A stretch of DNA of 64,000 nt from Chiloscyllium plagiosum. Its lineage: Eukaryota. Position numbers and translations under genes: made by a program. The notes beneath the pieces are model-generated. The model saw only the letters and a program-made list of their open reading frames with translations, was not told where the DNA came from and made no database searches. This document shows positions 12,286-24,842 of the stretch, piece by piece. The stretch covers positions 49,939,713 through 50,003,712 of the forward strand of contig NC_057719.1 in the NCBI RefSeq assembly GCF_004010195.1, read 5' to 3'. Position 1 is the stretch's first letter. The number at the start of each line of letters is the position of its first letter.

Positions 12286-13169
12286 TTCCTGCTCCTCAGA
12301 TACTGCCTGACCTGCTGTGCTTTTCCAGCACCACTCTAATCTAGACTCTGATTTCCAGCATCTGCAGTACCCATTTCTGCCTAGATTTAGCTCACTGTTT
12401 GCTCTGAATGACCTCCAGGTTTAAAATTGGGCACCAAAATCTCAAGGCATAATTCATGGGCACTGGTGATACATAACCCACATTCATGAAGATCGACAAC
12501 CCAATATGACCCAGCCTCTAAGAACAATCATGATACATCTCCAATCCATTTACAATCTAGTTTTGCACTACAATGCTGCACAGGCAACTAGCATTGTGGC
12601 CTCCAGCACAGGTCCTGGGATAAGATGAAGTCCTGCCTGTGCACCACTCCATCCAGCAGGACTTCGATGACCCAGTCACCAAAGCACCATCTGCCAAGTC
12701 CAAGTGGGTAAATGCAAGGAAATGTGCAGGGCAGCTCTGGACTGACAGTGCTGGTCTGAGCATACAATGGACTTTTAAAGATCGCTCGGGCTGGTGAACT
12801 CAGATATCTGTTGAGTGGTGAGTTGCTGTGGGAACAACACACAAGAGAATGGGGTGGACGTGAGAGACACCACAAAGAAGTGGTAGGTAGAAATGAAGCA
12901 TGTTTGGTAAGATCTGGTGAAAAACCTTATTAGATCTCAAGGCAAGAAACCCTTCAAAACAATCAACACAACTTGGATTTAACCAAAAAAATGTAAGATT
13001 CATCCCAGAGCTGTTTAATAGAATGGATAAGAAATGTTCATCAATTCCAAAATAAGCTACTGATCTGTACAGAAACAATGTCAAGGCTATCTCATAGTCA
13101 TTTTAATTATCCATTATCTCAGTCCCTTTTATTGAAACTTGCAAGAATAAACTTTAAACAGCCATTTGT

Positions 13170-13457
13170 TTAAGATTAGGTTCCCTATAGTATGGAAACA
13201 GGCCCTTCGGCCTACCAAGTCCACAATGATGCTCTGAAGAGTAACCCACCTAGCCCCATTTCCCTACCCTATATTTACCCCTGACTTAGCAATTTAACAT
13301 CGCCAAGTCACCTGATCTGCACATCTTTAATTGTGGGAGGAAACCCACACAGACACAGGCAGAGTATGCAAACTCCACATAGACAGTTGCCCAAGGCCGG
13401 AATCAAACCCAGGTCCCTGGTACTGTGAGGAAGCAGTGCTAACCACTGAGCCACCAT
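13170..13457 (-). mobile_element. HE1-type SINE with internal deletions
   Basis: Reverse-complement HE1 head, body and tail. Confidence 0.9.
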
Positions 13458-13954
13458 GACACCTGTTCTTGTTATAAAACTTGTGGAATGGCTAAAGAAA
13501 CTCCAAAATTGATTTGTCAATTACCTCTGTATTTGTTATAGTAGTACTTGTTTTAACTACAAATAATTAGCTCTGCCTTCGATATTTCCTTCTATCAAGG
13601 TGAATGTGATGACATAATGTGACCATCAACATATATTTATATAGCACCTTTAATGTAGCACCATTCCAAAGTGCTTCACAGGAGTATTTTAAAGTATGCA
13701 ACAAGCCACATATGGAGATATTGGCCCAGGTCTAATGATCCAATGCCAGCAAAAGCTGAGATGTTCAATACTATCGAGGTCATTGTGTTTTTAGGACTTA
13801 TGCTGGAATCAGGAACTTCCAATACTTGAGAAATGACTCAGTGGAATCATATAATTGCACTGATATACTTAGAGCTATTTCTACCAGATGAAAAGACTGC
13901 TTGAGAACACATCTCTAAGTAAATTAGGTAGTGTGTCAAATAACTTCAGCACAC

Positions 13955-14225
13955 AGGAAGTGGTGGCATGGTAGCAATTTCACTGGACTAATATTGAACC
14001 CCAGGCCAATGTTCTGGGATATGGATTCAAGCCCCAGCATTTCAATTAAGTTCAGTTAATAGAGAGGTGTAAATACATCTCTGATTCTCTAATGCCCTTT
14101 AGGGAAGGAAATCTGATCTCGATGTAACTCCAGACTTATGTGGTTAACTCTTAACTGCCCTCTGGCTAATTAGGGATAGACAATAAAAGCTAGCCTAGCC
14201 AGCAACACCCACATTGCATGAAAAA
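13955..14225 (+). mobile_element. Old tRNA-derived SINE with a LINE-derived tail
   Basis: gtggcatggtagcaatttcactggactaat head, ggattcaagccc B-box-like motif, and a tail resembling the LINE end at 56480-56550. Confidence 0.5.
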
Positions 14226-14349
14226 ATAAAACACAAGTACAACCCACACATCTTCGCTGACCCCACCACCTCTCTGATAATACTCTTTCAGACAGATGGC
14301 GGCCTTCTCCCAACACTGCTCAACAGTTCCCTTGATGCGGAGGAACCGG

Positions 14350-14525
14350 TTTTGGACTGGGGTGGACCCCAAAGTTAAAAATGACAGAACACCAGGTTAT
14401 AGTCCAACAGGTTTATTTGTAAGGACTAGCTTTCGGAGTTCTGCTCCTTCATCAGGTAACTAGTGGAGCAGTATCATAAGACACAGAATTTATAGTAAAA
14501 TATCATAGTGTCATGCAACTGATTC
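14350..14525 (-). mobile_element. Penelope-like pLTR fragment with a hammerhead motif at 14424-14459
   Basis: Reverse complement of the family at 60230-60384: CTGATGA-aggagcagaactcc-GAAA-gcta. Confidence 0.8.
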
Positions 14526-15289
14526 ATTCAATGAACAACAGTTCCCTGACTCAGGTCAACCTCTCCCAATGCATGGTTCAAACCTCTCCTGAAAATGCTT
14601 GCTGATACACACTTGACAACTTTCAGTCCCCTGCAATCAATAATGCTGACACCACTCACCACACATTCCCCCCAAAGAATTCATCCCCCAAAGACCTGAC
14701 AATGCTATCACTGCACAGCCACACTGCTTACCCACAAACTCCCTGACAATGAGCACCCTGTGTCACCCTCTGCCCTATACCCACAGGCTGGCTCTCCTTG
14801 TGCCATCCATGGCTTCTTGTTCTGATGAATGTCTCGCCAGAGTCAGCATTGCTGGGAAATGCAGGGAGGTGGGGAGTAACTTAGGCATTCATCAGGAATG
14901 TTGGGGTGAGGAAAGTCACAATTCTGGAATGGGAGATGAGTAAACATTGTTGCTGAGAGCGTTGGAGAGATACCGTAGATTGGCTGCTGGGGTCAACCTT
15001 GTTGAGGGTCAGTGATTTCACAGGTTGCTGTTGAGTGTGAAGCATATTGCTGAGGGAACTGTAGAGTTTGGAGATGCAGGGTTGTGTGTCGGGGGCGGGG
15101 AGGGGGGAACGTGGCAGTATGGCATTTAAATATCATGTGTCAATGAACTGGAGACAGATAATAATGGGCTTCAGATTATGATGAAAAGTGGGCAAAGTCT
15201 AATTGCAGCTTTAGGTCTCCCCACTCTCTTTGTCACTGTATCCAACCTGGAGCTGGGATGACGAGTCAAAAAGGCTGAAAAGGTATAGT

Positions 15290-16060
15290 TTTAAATGGAG
15301 TCAGCTACATGCATCAGTTGCTGATGGGGAGACCTGGGACTTTACATCAAATTGCCATAAGCTGGATCAATGTGGTAGCGTTTTTTTTTAAAAAGAGGTG
15401 AGGTCTAGAAGAGGTGTAGAATGGAAAATGCAGAACTTGGTGCATAGGCAACTGAAGAGACAGCCATCAATGGTGGAACAATTATGAATGGGAAATGACT
15501 ACAAGATCAGAACTATAGGAGCACAGATATCTCAGAGGATTGTCAACTTAGGTGCGATCCCAGAGATTGGGATGAACAAGGTCACGGAAACATTTGAAAA
15601 TAAGGATGAAAATTTAAAAATCAGATTTTGGTTGATCCAGAGTCAATAGACAACAAGTACAGGGTGTTTGAAGAATAGGATTTGTTTAAGACCCAGAATT
15701 TATGGAAGGTAGAAAGTGGAAGGCATCGGAATGGGCAAGTCTGGAGGTAACAATGGCAGAACTGAGGGTCACAGCAGCAGATAAGCTAAAATAGACACAA
15801 AGGTCAGTAACGCTACACATGGTGGAAATGGAAATGGTATGAATAGAAGATGAGACAAAAAAGTAAAAAGGGGATATCCCCACCACAGGAACTAAATTCT
15901 GTCCACTGGAGGGAGCCAAGGGTGGATTCTTGGGTGGGGTGGGGAGAGCTGGATGGGGTGGGGGGGGATAGCAAAGATAATTGTGTGGAAGTCAGAAGAG
16001 AAGCCATTGCAAGTGATCCTCTGGATACAATTGGGGTGGAATCGGTTTGATCCTAAAATG
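15290..16060 (-). mobile_element. Highly decayed L2-like LINE 3' region (related piece at 13630-13740)
   Basis: Reverse-complement similarity to the L2-like end at 29160-29590; purine-rich plus strand. Confidence 0.45.
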
Positions 16061-16487
16061 ACCTGAAATTCTCCTTTGTGACAAGTAATCATGTACACAT
16101 AATGGGATAAAGCTACAAAATGAGTGGATGAGAAATGGTAGCATTTTTTACGATTTACAGTGAAACAGAAATACTTCTAAACCACCTCAAGTCAGTGGAA
16201 TTGTTAGGCTTCAAGAGGTTGAAACATTAGTTTTCTCTTTCTTTTGCTTCTATTATCAACAAGAAGCTATACCAGTGCAGTTGTATCACTCAAATAACCT
16301 CAGCATTTAATGTAATCAGCACATGTAGTGAAGGATGAAGCCCATACTAGCAAAGGAACATTACCTAGAAACTAACTCTAAATCTTTCACTGTCAAAGTT
16401 GTGCAAATGCTGCTCTAACTGATCAGTTTGGTTTTGCCTTTCAGCAAATCCTTGGTATAAAGGGCACTACTCCAATCCATCATGCCA

Positions 16488-18280
16488 CAGACCCACAGAA
16501 ATGATACAGTGAGAAGGGGGTCATTTGGCCCATCTTCTCCAGACTGTCCCAAAGATACCCAATGCCCTTTCTAACCGGTTCCTACACACGACCCATAGCA
16601 CTGCTTACAGAAATTAAGGTGCAGGTTCAGGTACTTTTTAAAAAGTGTTTAGGATTGCTGCCTCCACCAACGTCAGGCAGCGAGATCCAGATACCGACCA
16701 CCCTCTGCATAAAAACGTTTTTCCTTGTGTCCCCTCTAATCCTTCTGCCACTTAGCTTGAATCTATGACCCTGGTTTTTGAACTCTCTGCTAAGGGAAAC
16801 TGGTTCCTCCTGTCTATTCTATCTCTACCCCTCACAATTTTATATATCTCACTTTGGTTACCCTTCAGTCTTCTATGTTCCAAGGAAAACAACCCCAACC
16901 TCTCCAATCTCTACTCATAGTTACAGTTCTCCAGCCATGGAAACATTCCAATAAATCTTCTCTGCACTCTCTCTAGAGCAACTACATCCTTCCTGTAATA
17001 TGGTGTCTAGTACTGCACACAATAATCCAGTTGTGACCTCACCAGTCTCTTGTACAGTTTCATCATTGTATGCCTACTTTGTACTCTATACCACTACTAA
17101 TGAAGGAAAGCATTCCATACAACCTTCTTTACAACTTTCTCTACTTGTATGCCTATATGCACACCAACATCTCCAAATTCATCTACCATTCGCAGTATAT
17201 TTCTGTTTATTGTGTTTTCTCTTTCACTGTTTGACCTCCCTATATGCATTATCTCATACTCATCAGAGTTGAACTCCATCTGTGACTTTACTGCCCACTC
17301 CACCAACTCATCCATATCATTTTGGAGAGTACAGCTATCCTTTATACTATCCACTCAATAGCCAATTTCTGTCGCCTGCAAATTTCCCGATTGTGATTTC
17401 ACATTCAACTCCAATCGTTAATGTATAAAACACACAGCAGGGGTCCCAACACCAAAACCAAGCCCTGTGGAACACAACTTGAAACAGTTTTCCATTCACA
17501 AGGGCAGCCATCAACTATTACCCTTTGTTTCCTGTTACTAAGCCAACTTCAGATCCAATGTGACACATTTACCCTGTATCCCATGGGCTTTCTTTTTATC
17601 AGTCTGCCATGAGGAATTTTGTCAAATGCCTTACGAAAATCCAAATGGACAATATCCACAGCACTACCCTCATCCATCCTGTCACTTCCTCAAAGAATTC
17701 AATAAAATTTGAAAGGCATGACCTTCCCTTAATGAAGTCCATGTCTTTCTAAGTGACAATTTATCCAATCTCTCAGGATTGATTCTAACAATTTGCCCAC
17801 CACCAAAGTAAGACTAACTGGCCTATAAATGTCGGACATTTAAGTTGTACCCTTTTAAACAACAGAATCACAGATACATTCCTCCATTCCTCTGGTACCT
17901 CACCTGTGAATACTGGAAAATAACCTTCAGAGCATCTGCTATTGTCTCCATGACCTCCGGAACAATTCATCTGGCACTGGCAATTTATCCACTTTCAAGG
18001 ATTCCAACACTAACATTTCCTCTCTCGTTATGTCAAATATTTCACACTCCTCCTCTTCGATTACACTATTTACATCATTCCTTTCCTTTATGAATACAGT
18101 GACAAAAACATCATGTTGAATTGGATGTGAAGTTGGCTTCCACATCCTCTGAATCTTCACACAAGTCCCACTTTTTCCTTAACTATCTTTTTGCTCTTTA
18201 TATACTGGTAAAACACCTTTTGGTTTTCCTTTATCTTCCTTACTAATATTTTCTCATGCCCTCTTTGATTTCCTCATTTC
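16488..18280 (-). mobile_element. Old CR1-clade LINE fragment
   Basis: LQNDMDELVEWAVKSQMEFN...MHIGRSN and other CR1 RT-region remnants. Confidence 0.8.
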
Positions 18281-20378
18281 TTCAAGCGTGCGCTACCAAG
18301 ATACAATCAACATTTCTCCTATCCCACTGAAGGCCCAAATACCCTGGACCATTGTTACACAACCAAAGGTGCCTACTGCCCCATCCCTCACACTTTGGGA
18401 AAGTCGACTGTGCTTCTTCTCCCGGCTTACAACAGAAACTGAAGCACGAGGATCCGGTATAGAAAGTCATTCACTGCCAGCCTGAGGTAACAGATGAGCT
18501 TCTACGTGATTGCTTGGAGATGGTGGATTGGTCCATATTCAAGAACTCAATGAGTATGCCACTGTGTCAGACACGTCATCAGTAACTGTGGAGAACTGTG
18601 TGCCAAAGAAGCTAATCCAAGTGTTCTCCAACCGGAAACCATGGATGAACTGGGAGATCCACTCCTTACTGATGTCCAGGTCAGGTGACACTGGTCTATA
18701 TATGAAATCTAGATATTAGCTTTGCAAAGGCATCAGAGATGCCAAGACACAGTATCAGACAAAACTAGAGTCCCAGACTAACCACACAAACACCCACTGA
18801 TTGTGACAAAGCTTACACAATATAATGGGCCCCAAAGCGAAGTTGAGTAAAACTGCTGGCAACAATGCATCCCTCCCCAGTAAGCTCTATGCATTCTATG
18901 CTCGGTTTGAACAGAAAGATAGTTAAATAATGTCTCATGCCCTGATAGCCTTGGTACACCTGTGCCCACAGTTACCACCACAGCTGTCAGCTTGCCCTTC
19001 TTGCAAGTGCAAGTGACTGGCCCTGATGGAGTCCCTGGCTGAGCCCATGGATCCTGCATGGAGCTGCTGGCGGTAGTACTCGCGGGCATCTTTAACCTCT
19101 CCTTAAGCCGATTTGAGGTTCCTACTTGTTTCAAGAAGACCACAATTATCCTGATGCCAAAGCAAAATCAGGCAGCATGTCATAATGACCACTGCCCAGT
19201 GGCTCTGACATTGAACACTATAAAGTGCTTTGAGACATTAGTATTAGCACACATCAGCTCCAGCCTCCTAGATTGCCTCGATCCATTGCAATTTGCCTAC
19301 CATCATAATAGATCCATGGCAGACACCATCTCCCTGGCCTTACACTCATCCTGGAACATCTTGGTAACAAGAACACCTAAATTAGATTTCTATTTAGTGT
19401 CTATAGCTCCACCTTCAACACCATAATTCCAACCAAATTCATCTCCAAACTCCAAGATCTTGGACTCTGCAATTTGATTCTTGACTTCCTGACCCAGAGA
19501 CCCAGTAAGGATAGGCACAACACCTCCCACAATAATCCTCAACACTGCTGCCCTGAAAGGCTGCTACTCAGCGTCTGACTACACTCGTTATACACTCATG
19601 GCTGTGTGGCCAAATTCTGCTCTAACTCCATTTACAAGTTTGCTGATGACAAACTTGTTGCTGATGGAAAGAAAGAGAGCTTAGCAGGATGACGTAACAA
19701 CCACAATCTCTCTGTCAATGTTAGCAAAATAAAGGAGTTCAACAGACTGGAGGACATGCCCCTATCTGTATCAATGCTGCTGAGATGAAGTTGGCTGAGA
19801 GCGTGAAGTTTCTAGGAGTAAATATCATCAACAATGTGTCCAGGTCCACTCATGTTGACGTTAAGAAAGCACACCAATGCCTCTAATTCTTCAGAAGTCC
19901 AATGAAATTCTACATGTCCACAATTTTATTACTAATTTCATATGTGCCTCCTATCCAGATCACAGCTTGGTATGGCAATTGCTCTGGCCAAGACCACAAG
20001 AAATTGCAGAGAGCTATGAATGCAATCCAGTCCATCACGAAAACAAGCCTTCCATCCATTGGCTCTGTCTATACTCCCACTGCCTTGGGAAAGCAGTCAA
20101 CACAATCAAACCCCCCCCCAGGTTATACTTCCTTCCACCCTCTTCTGTCAAGCAGAAGATACAAATGTTTGAAAGCACATGCCAACATATTCAAGAACAG
20201 ACTTGAATAGACCACTCATATATTAAAGTTCTTTTCACCTCCTCTGTAGCTGTTAACACTATATTCTGATTCTGTTGTATTACCTTGATGTACTTATGGT
20301 ATGATTTGCCTGGATAGTATGCAAAACAATGCTTTTTACTGCATCTTGGTACGTGACAATAATCAAATCCAATCCAAT
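18281..20378 (+). mobile_element. Rex1/Babar-like non-LTR retrotransposon, decayed
   Basis: NRKPWMN, GIFNLSL...VPTCFKKTTII.MPK...HCPVALT...KCFE.LV...DPLQFAY, KFADD near 19635-19650, ITAWYGNCS.QD.KKLQR, and tail aataatcaaatccaatccaat. Confidence 0.8.
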
Positions 20379-20379
20379 G

Positions 20380-21030
20380 TATTTTGGGAAGATAATTCCA
20401 AAGTCTCTCAACAGAAGAGAAAAACAAAACAAACCTCACTTGTTTTAAATGGGTGACTCCTTGTTTTATAAATATGACCCCAGCTCTAGATTCTCCCATA
20501 AGAGGGAACATTCTTTCAACATCCACCCCGAAAAATCCTCTCAAGATCTTCTAAGTTTCAAATAAGTGAACTCTGATTCTTCTAAACTACACAGAATACA
20601 AGCCTGGCCAATCTAGCCTTTCCTCAAAAGACAATCCAATCATTCGGGGTATTGGTCGAGTAAACAATAGACAATAGGTGCAGGAGTAGGCCATTCAGCC
20701 CTTCGAGCCTGCACCGCCATTCAATATAATCATGGCTGATCATTCCTAATCAGTATCCTGTTCCTGCCTTATCTCCATAACCCTTGATACCACTATCTTT
20801 GAGAGCTCTATCCAACTCCTCCTTAAATGAATCCAGAGAGTGGGCCTCCACTGCACTCTGGGGCAGAGCATTCCACACAGCCAACACTCTCTGGGTGAAG
20901 AAGTTTCTCCTCATCTCTATCCTAAATGGTCTACCCCGTATTTTTAAGCTGTGTCCTCTGGTTCGGCACTCACCCATCAGTGGAAATATGTTTCCTACTG
21001 CCAGAACCTTCTCTGAACTGCTTCCAACTC
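20380..21030 (-). mobile_element. Old CR1 3' fragment with a younger CR1 3' end (about 20665-21000) nested inside
   Basis: RTRGHSLKIRGRPFRIEMRRNFFTQRV...WNALP; the older copy resumes at aaccttctctgaactgc. Confidence 0.8.
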
Positions 21031-23424
21031 AACAATGTCAACATTTTTAATTATGTACTGTCAATTGTAAATACGAATTTGTACAAGATCACTGAAATGA
21101 CAGGAAAAAAAACACAACCCCCATCATGTCATCTGAGAGTACATCTTGCTTGCATTGTGAGGAAAGCTATTTTTATACTGAACACTGACAAAAGAAAAGC
21201 TGTTTTAACTTTCATCTTGTACTCAAGAATATCAAATTCCAAAGAGAACAATTCGCCTTGCATGAGAAAATTATGCTGATTGGTTGGCAAGTGGATTCTG
21301 ACATTGTGGCATTGCCATGCAGAACGTATCAAGGAGCAGTTATTCCACAGGATTTTGTTTAAATTAAAAAAGAAAGGCAAGCTGACTCTCATTGGTCAAG
21401 GCATTGCCACAGATAATGCACCAGCAAACTGTTTGCACCATGTTTTTATTTAATTTAAACATGCAATGCTTAAACATGGTTTATTTCTGTCTACAGAGGA
21501 CAGAGAGTCTTGTGTATGAATATCTGTAGCTCCCAGTAAATATAAGTCAGCCACATTACAAACCCAAATAATAATCTTAACATTGTGGGTTGGGCCATGT
21601 GGGTAAATTTAATAGGATTAGGATGAAAGGAAAATTAGGTGAGTCTCACAGGCAAGCTGAATTCCAAGACAGCATGAGGGGAGATGAAAAAGATACAGAA
21701 ACGTGATTTTCGAACTAGAAATATTAGCACTAACATTCAAGTTTTTCACACCCTCATTATGGATAAACATGAAACGTTAGAAAAAAGATCTATCTGGTGA
21801 CTCTCTATTTAATAAGTGCTTGTTCTCATTAAGCGATATGTTACCTTTGGGGATGTAGAAAATGTTTTACCTTGGAACAAAATTCTCAAATCAGAATGCT
21901 AGGATCAATTCCACGAATACATAAACCAAGAATTTTACTATGTTGCATGTTTACTAGCGTTGGATATATTTTACAGAGAATTGATTGAAGAAATACAGAG
22001 CTTTTTCTGCATTTTATCTCATTCTAACTATTCAAAATAAATTTCAATATACAGTCATCTGTAGTTAGATAGTGTTTAATATGGTAATTGTGATAACAAA
22101 ATATTGTTATGAAGAATAGTGCTACAAGTGCACAAGTTTTTTTCAAAATCGTTTATATTACACTTGGAGAACTACCTTCTTCTAATCAGTTATTCTTTAC
22201 TTGCGAATAATTTTGCTTCTATATACCTATGAAAATAAAACACTGTAAATCAGATTGCAATTTGCATTAGTACTAAAATTAATAAAGAACCTACTGGTGT
22301 AAATATTGGCATAAGAAAGACATAACCAAATCTGAAAACATGAAAACTGGATTAATTTAGCCTCACATAGCTGATTATTGAAAATTATATTATTTGACAA
22401 TATTATGCCATACTTCTGAGCTATTAATGGCAACTACCATGTCAGCAAAAATAAGAAGTGCAGTCTGGCATAGCAGAAGGCTTGGTTTTAAATTTGAATT
22501 TACACTTAGAAATAAACAACATAACTTTAGCCATCTTTGAAAATTAGATTGCTGATACAATTTGAATTAAAACAATTTTGGTAAACAATAGTGAAGTAAA
22601 AAGGTTATTACCATTATTGAATTGCATCAGGATACTAATTTTGCACTCAAAGTGCATATGAGTAATTATACTAAGATAGTGATTTTAAAAGAAAAGAACT
22701 ATAAAGTACCATAAAGGCAACATTGTATTACTAGGCTTGCATTTCAATAGTGTTATATTGGTAATAATACTTTTTCCCCATGTGCAGAAAATAATTTTTT
22801 GTTGCAGTTGTAACTGGATTTGAAGTTATTCTTCGCACCAGTTCAGTAGCCTACCTAACAGCAATGCTGAAAATGGATTTCTACTAAGCCCTCAATGTTA
22901 TTTCATTGCTAATGCACTCGGCAAGTATCTTCAGTCTACAAAGGTTAAGCTCTTTTTCCAAAGTACCGAAATCTAAATCACGTGGTTTGATCAAAATTGA
23001 AAAAAAAACTGACAATACTTCAGATCCAATTCACAATTGCTTCTACAGTGGTTACTGAAAATAGTCACTGAAAACAATGTTCAGCAGAAATTTGAATGTT
23101 TAAATACAACTCTTCATGTCCTCAAGAATAGGAAACTATGTAATTTGGAAGAGATTGACATTTCTTTTGGGCAAATATGACAACTATGAAAGTAATGTCT
23201 ACCTTGTGCCAGAGACAACCAAGCTAATTTGTCTTGATGTTCCTTTTCACTGTAGCACCAACTAATTGAAATGATAAAGATCTATCAACACCTAAATAAT
23301 ATGACAATGTCCATTGAGCTATTGGCCTAGAATAATCCCCACACACTGATTTTTAGTTGGAGTATTGCTTCTTATTGCTTATGGTATTAGCTAGTCGCCT
23401 GGAGATTTGAGAGTTGAATTTCAT

Positions 23425-24010
23425 TACAATAGAGTCATAGAGCATGGAAACAGACCCTTCGGTCCAACCCGTCGATGCCAACCAGATATCCCAACCCAAT
23501 CTAGTCCCACCTGCCAGCACACGGCCCATATCCCTCCAAACCCTTCCTCTTCATATACCCATCCAAATGCCTTTTAAATGTTGCAACTGTACCCGCCTGC
23601 ACTATTTCCTCTGGAAGCTCATTCCATACACGCACCACCCTCTGTGTGAAAAAGTTGCCCCTTAGGTCTCTTTTATATCTTTCCCCTCTCACCCTAAACC
23701 TATGCCCTTTAGATCTGGACTCCATGACCCCAGGGAAAAGACTTTATCTATTTATCCTATCCATGCACCTCATGATTTTATAAACCTCTATAAGGTCACC
23801 CCTCAGCCTCCGATGCTCCAGGGAAAAAAGCCCCAGCCTGTTCAGCCTCTCTCTATAGCTCAAATCCTCCAACCCTGGCAATATCCTTGTAAATCTTTTC
23901 TGAACTCTTTCAAGTTTCACAGAAAAGATTTACAAGGATGTTGCCAGGGTTGGAGGATTTGATTTATAGGGAGAGGCTAAACAGGATGGGGCTTTTATTC
24001 CCTGGAGCAT
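23425..24010 (-). mobile_element. CR1 (HER1-like) LINE 3' fragment with a fold-back duplication at its 5' junction
   Basis: GNFFTQRVVRVWNELP; inverted arms at 23813-23902 and 23920-24010. Confidence 0.9.
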
Positions 24011-24842
24011 GTTTGTATGACTCAATTCAAGATGGAACCAAGAAACTAATTTTGAATGCTTGTTGTAACAATACAACTGATTCTCTCATGGCCTTCGAAG
24101 AGGGAGATCTACCGCTGCTGTTTGGTCTGAACATTTGCTTACATAGTTGACTCTAATGGTCCTAAGGGAATTAGGGTTGGGCAATTAATCCAGCTTTGTA
24201 AATCATAAATTAGGGTTAATATGATTGATGTAAAACAATAATTTATTTAGGTTTTATGGGGTTACACAATACATTATGGACATTGATGAACAAATATGAT
24301 CTTCTCTATTAAAATTCATGAGGCCCCAAATGCAATTGCAAGCTAAAGAAAGAGCCCACAGATTTTATTTCATCAGATTTTAATAAAATGAAATATTCAC
24401 ATTCCACAAATTACATCAATAACATCTTCTAGTTAAAATGATAACAGTTTAAATGCACAAGGAACATCATTCTGCAATCAGTTCTAACAGGAAATGAAAT
24501 GATTTGCAAAGGCAGGACATGAGCATTTAGAACATCAACTGTGCACTGAGTGTCTATCTTATGCTGTAATTTGCTGCAAGTATCATTTCATTCATTTGCT
24601 GATAGAATGCAATGGTATTTATTTTAATCAGGCCACATCATGCTGAATCAAATCACAAGTTTATCAAATAATAATTTTGTATATAAATCACGAATAACTA
24701 TTGATTCTTTTTTCCAACAGTCTTTATCAAGTCAGTAGGCCATTTAGCAGTCATAACAAAACAAAACATTGGATCTAATGAGAAATCCAATATCAAATAA
24801 AGAAAAAATGATTAATCACAGTTACGGGTATCTTTAGATTCA

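Larger units (their letters stand above)
9902..12382 (+). mobile_element. Penelope-like retroelement (probably Neptune group), 5'-truncated and disabled: RT, GIY-YIG endonuclease and 3' pLTR
   Basis: MDIQSLYTSI, QTKGVAMGTCMGP, YIDD near 11032-11043, a Cys-rich linker remnant near 11635-11660 and VIYCISCSRCGLLYIGETGR. In-frame stops and frameshifts; C-rich strand. Confidence 0.9.

Noticed and set aside
15920..15967. G-quadruplex-like G runs (also near 49540 and 62805, and the poly-C tracts)
   Set aside because: These are low-complexity tracts inside decayed repeats with no supporting context.
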